From Octopus sinensis (lineage: Eukaryota), in contig NC_043001.1 in NCBI RefSeq assembly GCF_006345805.1, positions 61,814,001 to 61,878,000 on the forward strand: a DNA stretch of 64,000 bases, written 5' to 3'. Position numbers and translations under genes: made by a program. Positions 55,307-64,000 of this stretch are shown in pieces; the first letter of the stretch is position 1, and each line of letters starts with the position of its first letter. The notes under the pieces are model-generated. The model searched no databases. It was not told where the DNA came from and saw nothing but the letters and a program-made list of their open reading frames with translations.

Positions 55307-55739
55307 GGGATACAGCAAATATTCTGCTCAATACCACAGATTAGCTTGTCAATTGTTTGACCTTAACCAGTTGAGCATGTCCCTTAGTGGCCGACAATAT
55401 GTGCATCTCTGATCACGAGCGGAAGTAGTGTGGGAGCATCATAGCCATGTGTTGAGAGGGATTCTATGGAGTTTGAATAATTCACCTCTGGAAATATAGG
55501 TGTTTCATTCAACATCCTTAAACAACCCTTATTCAAGGACCTTTCGAGCAGGATGGGTTACTCGACCAGAAGAAAAGTCTAACTAGGCCCCACCTGCAAG
55601 GTCATGTGCTGTTTATCTTCATATGAGATCACCATGTCGCGCACATATGGTTGTGATGCATGTGCCTGGTGTACCCTTATCAGACGGATAGTCATGATGG
55701 GTATACTGGGCTTCGTATATCTTACCCCAGTGTCACTTT
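55307..55739. mobile_element. Non-coding repeat copy 1 (truncated), flanked by (TAA)n 55190-55306 and (GAT)n 55741-55800
   Basis: High similarity to 58699-59132. Confidence 0.85.
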
Positions 55740-55740
55740 A

Positions 55741-55802
<62 letters not shown>

Positions 55803-56013
55803 AATCACTGCAGCACCAACGGCAGAAGAAGTGGAAGAATTCTGGAAAGAAATATGGTCGGCGAACGAACAACCAAAAAAAAGGAGTATTAAAACAACGA
55901 ACTCAGCATTTGAGCAACTTTAGACCCCCATAACAACTGAAGAGGTCACCCAGGCACTGCAAAGACTAAGCAACTGGAAGGCACCTGGGCATAACAAGAT
56001 CCCCAACTTCTGG

Positions 56014-57129
56014 TTGAAATATCTAACAGGAATGCACAAAAAGCTGGCAGAAAACTTTAACAACATACTAGCAGAGCCAGAGACAATGCCTGAATGGCTC
56101 ACGAAGGGGAAAACCATCTTAATTCCCAAATCAAATGAGACAGCAAAACCAGAAAACTACAGACCAATAACCTGTCTTCCTACAATGTACAAGGCATTTA
56201 CTGCAGTGATATCGCGAAGGTTGAACAAGCACCTGGACGAAAACAACCTGTTTCCAGAAGAGCAGAAAGGATGCCGCAAAGGCTCATATGGCTGTAAGGA
56301 TCAACTAATGATTAATAAAGCCATAACTGAAGACAGCCACAGAAAGAAGAAAGGCCTCAGTATGGCCTGGATCGACTACAAAAAGGCGTTTGATAGCATC
56401 CCCCACACATGGATCCTCGAAACACTAGCCATTAACAAAGTAGCACCAACAATTATAAAATTCATAGGGCACCCTATGAATAAATGGCAAACAGTGCTAC
56501 AGCTCCAAACAAAAGAGGGACTCATGAAAACCAAAGCCATCCCCATTAGAAGAGGAATATTCCAGGGAGACACGCTCTCTCCACTCCTTTTCTGCTTGGC
56601 ACTGTCACCTCTATCTGATATGTTAAATAGAACTGGATGCGGATATAAATGTTACGGCAAAACGATCAGCCACCTTTTATATATGGGTGACCTAAAACTA
56701 TACGCTGCAAATGACAAACTGCTGGAAACAATATTAAAGACAGTTCATGGATTTACCAAAGAAATAGATATGAAATTTGGATTAGAAAAATGCGCCAAAG
56801 TAACCATGAAAAGAGGAAAACTAGTAAAGAGTAGCAACATCACACTAGATAAAACCAATGAAATAAAAGAATTAGACCAAAGCCAAACTTACAAATACTT
56901 AGGAATCCATGAACTAGATAAGACACAACACACACAAATGAAAGAGAAAATAAAAAAAGAATATTATAGACGAGTTAGATCAATACTAAAAACAGAGCTC
57001 AATGCTAAAAACAAGATAATAGGTATTAACACTTTAGCTGTCCCAGTAATAAGTTACAGCTACAATATCCTGAACTGGACACTAAATGAAAATAGATCGG
57101 AAAACAAGAAAAATAATGACAGGATCTAG
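56014..57129 (+). pseudogene. RT domain of Dong-type LINE (catalytic Asp to Gly)
   Basis: NYRPITCLPT, EQKGCRKGS, WIDYKKAFDS, GIFQGDTLSPL, YMGDLKLY. Confidence 0.85.
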
Positions 57130-57369
57130 GATGCATCACCCAAAATCTGACATAGAAAGACTATATATACAACGTATAGAAGGTGGTAGAGGCCTTATAC
57201 AGCTGGAAAACTACTATAAAATAACCACCATAGGACTGCAAAAATATCTACTTCAGAAGGAAGAAAAACTGATACAAATAGCGGCAAAACACGAGCAAAA
57301 CAAAAAACTGTTCTCAGTATTTAAGGAAGCTGACAAATACAAACAAGAAATCATACCACCTAACAAATA

Positions 57370-57370
<1 letters not shown>

Positions 57371-57400
<30 letters not shown>

Positions 57401-57480
57401 AAGAAGAAGAAGAAGAAGAAGAAGAAGAAGAAGAAGAAGAAGAAGAAGAAGAAGAAGAAGAAGAAGAAGAAGAAGAAGAA
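57371..57480 (+). repeat. (GAA)n, ~36 units, inside the LINE ORF
   Basis: Direct reading. Confidence 0.97.
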
Positions 57481-58405
57481 ACAACAAAAGCTATAAAACA
57501 AATGAAATCCAAACTAAAAATAGAACAGCAAAAAACCATGATAAAACTATGGCAAGAAAAGCCCCTTCATGGTAAATACTGGACTAAACTAAATGCAAAA
57601 GAAATAGACAAAGAAAAATCCCAGCAATGGTTGAGAAGCTCAGGACTCAAAGCAGAGACAGAGGGATTTTTAATTGAAGCACAAGACCAAAGCCTCCCCA
57701 CCAGAAATTACCAAAAACATGTAATGAAAAGAAATATAACAAGTAACTGCAGAATATGTGGAGATGGACAAGAAACAATAAATCATATTATCACTGGCTG
57801 CCCAGTCCTGGCTAAGAAGGAATATATTCACAGACATGACAGAGTTGGAACCTACATACACTGGAAGCTATGCCAACATTATGGAATAACAGCAGAAAAA
57901 AGATGGTATAGACACACACCAGAAAAGGTCACAGAAAACGAGAAAGCAACCATACTCTGGGATATGCCGATACACACAGATAGAGAAATTAAGGCCAACA
58001 GACCAGATATAGTTGTCAGAGATCATGAAGGAAAAAAATGCTTTCTAATTGATGTATCAATACCGGCAGATGACAACGTGTCTCTAAAAGAAATGGAGAA
58101 ACTTTCAAAATACAAAGACCTGGAAATAGAGGTAACCAGAATGTAGAATCTAAAAACAGAAACAATTCCTATCATAGTAGGTGCATTAGCCATGATAAAA
58201 AAATATTCAGACAAATACATAACAAAAACACCAGGACTTACAAACACATATAACATACAGAAAATTGCACTACTAGGCACTGCACACATCCTACGCAGAA
58301 CACTTTCCATACAATAACCATCAGAGCATCACAACAAATCACAGCACATACCCAAGGCACACAGAGCTGCGCTTGGTAGTGAAGTGAAAACACGCTATAA
58401 AACTA

Positions 58406-58500
<95 letters not shown>

Positions 58501-58544
58501 TAATAATAATAATAACAACAACAATAATGATAATAATAATAATA

Positions 58545-58602
<58 letters not shown>

Positions 58603-58603
<1 letters not shown>

Positions 58604-59157
58604 CCCTGATGCAGTACCGGGCAGAGGCTCTCATGGCTTCTGATCTTAACTGATTGGAAGTGTTATCATGTACATTGTTCTGTCTTGGTATAAAAGATGG
58701 GCTACAGCAAATATTTTGCTCAATACCACAGATTTGCTTGTCAGTTGTTTGACCTTAACCAGTTGAGCATGTCCCTTAGTGGCTGACGATATGTGCATCT
58801 CTGATCACGAGCAGAAGTAGTGGGGGAGCATCATAGCCATGTGTTGAGAGGGATTCTTTGGGGTTTGAATAATTCACCTCTGGAGACATGGATGGGTTTT
58901 TCAACATCCTTAAACAACCCTTATTCAGGGACCGTTTGAGCGGGATGGGCTACTCAACCTGAAGAAAATTCTAACTGGGCCCCACCTGCAAGGTCATGTG
59001 CAGTTTATCTTGATATGAGATCACCATGCCGCGCACATATGGTTGTGATGCATGTGCCTGGTGTGCCCTTATCAGACGGGTAGTCATGATGGGTATATTG
59101 GGCTTCGTATATTTTACCCCAGTGTCACTTTGATGGCAATGCCCTGCTCGCTCACTC
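58603..59157. mobile_element. Non-coding ~555-bp repeat copy 2 (apparently full length), (TAA)n on both sides
   Basis: Homologous to 55307-55739; no long ORF. Confidence 0.85.
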
Positions 59158-59181
59158 AATAATAATAATAATAATAATAAT

Positions 59182-62100
59182 AGCTGAATAACAATATGGA
59201 CATCGATGGAATTAGATAAAGGAACGTGTAGAAGACTTGAAGGAAGTGATCCTTTAACGAAAATGTTTTTAAAAAACGATATTTTACTGCCATACAAAGC
59301 ACAATTTCTCCTATGAACGATGTCTCAGTGAAACATGTGCGAAATACACAGAGGAATTCAACATCGGAAAGTTTACAAATTATAAAACAGAAATGGAACA
59401 AAAATGTAAGTACATAAATTGAGTAATTACGCAAACACTCGAATGTCTACACAATCATATATACATTTTGATACCCATAGAACTACACATACATCGCAAT
59501 GTTTACACAACTACGTGAAATTTACAGGACGTACATTCAGGCATATGAGAACACGTTTCAAAAACGAAGGAAAAACCAAAAACAAAACTTTTGTTTATTT
59601 TTACTTTTTTAGTTTTCGAACTAAAACAGACAGAATGAACCATTCATAAGTTTTAAAACACCACAAAAAAACTATGCTCGGAGATAAACCTATCGACAAC
59701 AACAAAAAATACAGACGAATACAGATCTGCTAGCCATAAGAAGCTACATTACGAGTAATGTTTACATGCAGAGAACTCGGTGATGATATTGTCTCAAAAA
59801 TTGACCCTAAACAGACAAATCCGTTCCCTAATGTTAACGTCGAAGCTCGTCATGCCTCAATGATAACAAAGCAAATTACAAACCAGATTAGTCGTCGACC
59901 AGATCACAAAGGGTCACGTACATGATATAGATCTGTTAGCCTTAGGAAGCTACGTTACGAGCAATGTTTACATGCAGAGAACTCGGAGACAACGTTATCT
60001 CAAAAAATTAACCCTAAACAGACAGATCCGTCCCCTAATGTCGACGTCTAGGCTCGTCGTGCCTCACTGTTAACAAAGCAAAATACAAACTGGAATGGTC
60101 ATCGACCGTATTACAAAAGGCCACGTACTCGAATGAGGAAACAGATTCGATTCGGGAAATCAGCTACTGGTTCAAATCTTCCCGACACACAGAATCTGGA
60201 AGTATGCCACAACCGGAATATTCCAACAGATGGCCATCCATGCTTGTCATCAAACAACCAAAAGAAAAAGAATGAAAAACGGTCTAGGGAAGATAATAAA
60301 GAAGTACTTACGGCCTTCTACCATGCCGTATATTTCCCCACAAATAAATCTAATACTGTACAAACCTACTTAAACTGGAGACAGAGTCACCTTGAAGTAA
60401 GACCCTACATAAACAGTAACAAACTTACCAATGTCAGAAGAAACTTTATGTAAAAAAGCTACTAACTGAAGTAGAGATTGACCAAATTAAACATGCAGTA
60501 AGGGATAAAAAGAGCGAAGCTGCAGCTAAAGAAGTTACTACAGAGGAAATAATTATAGACCAACCCAGAACTGATGAAAATGTAGTAATAATTGAAAGAG
60601 TTAATATAACTAATAAGCAAAGTGAAATACTCTCTGAACCAAGCATAAACACTAAGACAGATGAAAATCAAATAGATGAAGAAAATCACACAGAAATTGA
60701 CCCAACAGAACTACATGATCTAAAAAATCAAATCATGATTGAATGGCTGAAAATTAAAGAAACCAGTATGGGTGAACGCGATACTCTCCCAAAAATTCGC
60801 AATTCTAACCAAAACCTGAAAATAATTTGTAAAATCTGCCTTGCACTTAAGGATATAATTTCAACTGATGATGTTGATAATACAGATCTCATTTACCTGT
60901 ACTATGCATCCGCGAAAATCTCAACAGTTGTCTGTGGTGAAAAGATTAGAGAACGACAACATTCCCATAAAAAGCCTTCTTGGCAAGAACGTATTCAACA
61001 CCAAATCCAGCTACTCAGGTCTGACATAGAATGTTTGAAAAACCTCAAGTTTAACAAGACTATCAAACCTACAAAAACCCGAAAATTAAAGAAAAAAATA
61101 TTTGAAAACCATATTTGACATTGATACCACCATACAAGACATCAATCAAAAGGTACCCGCATAGCAAGGTATGAAAAGTGCATTAGACTCTTCAAGGACA
61201 ACAATATGTCTAAAATTAACCCCAAAAACTTTTACAGGAGGACAGGGAAAATACCAGTTACAGTAAGGTCTGGCCCATCAAAAGAAGAAGTGCAGGAATT
61301 TTGGAATAAAATTTGGGCAGAACAAAAAACACACAATAAAAAGGGGCCCTTAGGTTGATAGAATATCTACAGACTTAGACTTAGTGGGAGAGTGTCAAGG
61401 TAGAAGATATTAGATCTGCTCTCAAGAGGTCAAACAAATGGAAGTCTCCAGGAAAGGATAAAATTCCTAACTGCTGGCTGGATGCCTTCCCAGAGAGCCA
61501 TGAACTACTAACAAAACTTTACAACGATGTTTTGCAACATCCTAGTATGATTTCCTCTTGGCTACTTAAAGGTTTAACCTTCCTACTTCCAAAAAATGAA
61601 GAAACAAACGAACCAAAATATTATCGACCCATAACCCGCTTAACAACAACATCTGTCCCGACTAACATCTGTCCAGACTGAATATGCCTATAGTTTTTTT
61701 TATAGAAAGTAGCATATTTCCTAATGAGCAAACAGGATGTAAACTTGGATCTTATGGTTGTAAAGATCAGCTACTCATCAATAAGATGATCTTAGAATAT
61801 TGCCACGAACGACACAAAAACTTGTCAATAGCCTGTATAGACTATAAAAAAGCTTTTGATAGCCTACCACATAGCTGGATTAATAAATGTCTGGAAATGT
61901 ATAAAATAGCTCCTAATTTACGAAACTTTTTGTCTTTGCAGATCATGGGAACCACATTGACTTTGAAAAATGACAACGAATCTCTAAATGCTGGAGATGT
62001 AAGTATTTCATGTGGCATTTTCCAGAGTGACTCACTATCACCACTCTTCTTCTGTCTAGCCTTAATACGTCTCTCAAAATTGCTCAATGATGCACAGTAC
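59182..62100 (+). mobile_element. R4/Dong-type LINE copy 5, 5' region through mid-RT, 3'-truncated
   Basis: KRSREDNKEVL...SNKLTNVRR N-terminus, PSWQERI, EQTGCKLGSYGCKDQLLINK, CIDYKKAFDS, GIFQSDSLSPL; 5' boundary uncertain. Confidence 0.8.
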
Positions 62101-62950
62101 GGTGATAAAATGTAGTTTGTGTAAATGTTCGGGGCCTAGGTTGCTCAGCGATCTCAGGTCCCTTAATTTATATGTGACAGCAATTAGTGAAACAAGAATT
62201 TCCGGGAAGCATGCTCTTGCATCCATTTTCGAAGATTTCAAGATATTCTCATCTTGTAGTCTGTCGGAAGCGGGCGGTGATGTAGCAGTGTTATTCCAAA
62301 AATCCTTAGGTTCCAAAGTAAGGGCAATCTTATTGGACTCGGACGATAGGATGGTGGTTCTAGGTATGAATGACAGTGAAGGTGGTGCCTTTAGACTGGT
62401 GGCCGTGTATGACCGACAGTGCCTGAAAGGCCAGATTTCTTCAGGCGTCTAGAAACATCCCTGGGAACGTCTCGCACTTTAGTACTAGTGGGGGACTGGA
62501 ATAGTATTTTGGACGTGCGGAAGTATGATTTGGGTATTGTACATAGAAGGGAGTGTAAAAGCTTCGAAAATCTGCTCAGAAACTTCCAGCTGTCCGACAG
62601 ATATCGATTGGATTTCCCTGATGTGCCAGTGTCGACATGGAGCAACCACAATGGGTCATCCAGATAGTATCTAGAGTATCTGTTAGGTCAGTGGACATGG
62701 ATAATGTAGGGTGTCAACAATTCAAATTGGTTGGCTACTCAGATCGCAAATTTGTGATCTGCACAGTCGATTTAGATAGGACTCATAGACAGGGACCTGG
62801 TTACTGGAAGTTGAACGCATCCTTACCGGCACGCAAAGACTACAGTGACCGGATTAGTGAACTAGTTAAGCGGAAGTTGACGAGGACAATCGTTAACAAC
62901 CGATGGTGGATAGCCCTGAAGAGGGCGATTAGAGCAGAATCTATAGCCCG
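62100..62950 (+). mobile_element. Tx1/L1-clade ORF2 APE endonuclease fragment
   Basis: NVVCVNVRGL, AISETR, FRLVAVY, LVLVGDWNSILD, GYSDRKFV, GPGYWKLNAS; frameshifted. Confidence 0.85.
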
Positions 62951-63009
62951 AGGCCATAAAAGACACTTGACCAATGTGCCACGCAGCTTCTTACCACATA
63001 GTCATGACT

Positions 63010-63025
63010 GATAGATAGATAGATT

Positions 63026-63065
<40 letters not shown>

Positions 63066-63066
63066 T

Positions 63067-63160
<94 letters not shown>

Positions 63161-63172
63161 GGATATATAGAT

Positions 63173-63203
<31 letters not shown>

Positions 63204-63208
63204 TAGAT

Positions 63209-63290
<82 letters not shown>
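63010..63290. repeat. (TAGA)n microsatellite
   Basis: Direct reading. Confidence 0.95.
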
Positions 63291-64000
63291 GTAGGTAGGT
63301 ATATGTATGTAAGTATAAAAAGAACACAAATGGACGCATACATTGTAATGAATCCTGTAACTAATCTATGTATGTATGTATGCCTGTATGTATGTGTGTA
63401 TGTATGTATGTATGCATGTATGTATGCGTGTATGTATGTATGTATGTATGTATGTATGTATGTATGTATGTATGTATTATGTATGTATGAATGTATGTAT
63501 GCATGCATGCAAGCAGATATGTAGTAAAGTTTCTATGTAATCAAATTACACATGTAATTTGTGCACAGCTACTTTTCTATAAATAAAAGAACGGCAATAT
63601 ATATATAGTTTCATCTCTTTCCGTTTATCATAGTTTTACAAATGCTGAATTATCGTTTAAAGTAGAAGTTATCAATGACCTGTAATTATATTTTCATAAA
63701 CATTATGAAAATGCTAACCAAAGGTAAAAAATTATCAATATAGAGAACAACGATAACTTTTAAGATTAATTCAAATATCAGAGTATGTTAGCGATAAAAT
63801 TACACACGTAAGTTGTATGAAGAATTTTAGTAAGTGGATATTGCAAAATGTTTAACTCTTCGTGTTGTATACTACTGCAAGCAAGAAGCACTTTTCGAAT
63901 CGGAAGTGAGGAATTAGTAAATATCAAAGATGGAGACATGGAGTAAATTAAGATTCATTTTTTTTTCTTTTTTTATTAGGCCGTGTAGCATTAAAAATAC

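Larger units (their letters stand above)
55801..58408 (+). mobile_element. R4/Dong-type LINE copy 4, 5'-truncated, with RT, CCHC, RLE and 3' UTR; (TAA)n tail 58409-58602
   Basis: ORF pieces 56014-57129 (RT; YMGD in place of YMDD), 57086-57496 and 57502-58146 (CRICGDGQETINHIITGC; RPDIVV...LIDVSIP); premature TAG at 58144-58146. Confidence 0.92.

Noticed and set aside
58745-58830. HDV-like ribozyme on the minus strand of the 555-bp repeat
   Set aside because: CACTAAGGGAC resembles a J4/2-P2 end, but P1 and P3 could not be paired without multiple mismatches.

Overview
AT-rich, microsatellite-dense eukaryotic DNA. The repeat families and SINE sequences resemble those of an octopus/coleoid cephalopod (inference from recalled repeat families, not a database search). 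I found no convincing host-gene exon; the window reads as intronic or intergenic transposon graveyard. Retroelements: one young 5'-truncated CR1/Jockey-group LINE (long RT ORF), five R4/Dong-type RLE LINE copies with (TAA)n tails, two Tx1/L1-type remnants, several RTE fragments, at least seven Penelope-like (PLE) remnants and tRNA-type SINE pieces. DNA transposons: a Chapaev-like element, two mariners, a probable Helitron, an Academ-like relic and two MITE/foldback elements. Most notable: (i) multiple minimal hammerhead-ribozyme motifs from at least three PLE families, including a 430-bp palindrome carrying two copies of a U3-A8 covariant hammerhead; (ii) a serial pile-up of TAA-targeting retroelements with a non-coding ~555-bp passenger element; (iii) a LINE and a SINE sharing a 3' tail; (iv) a same-strand cluster of TAACTGACGCAACA motifs. 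Most ORF-track entries are microsatellite translation artefacts.
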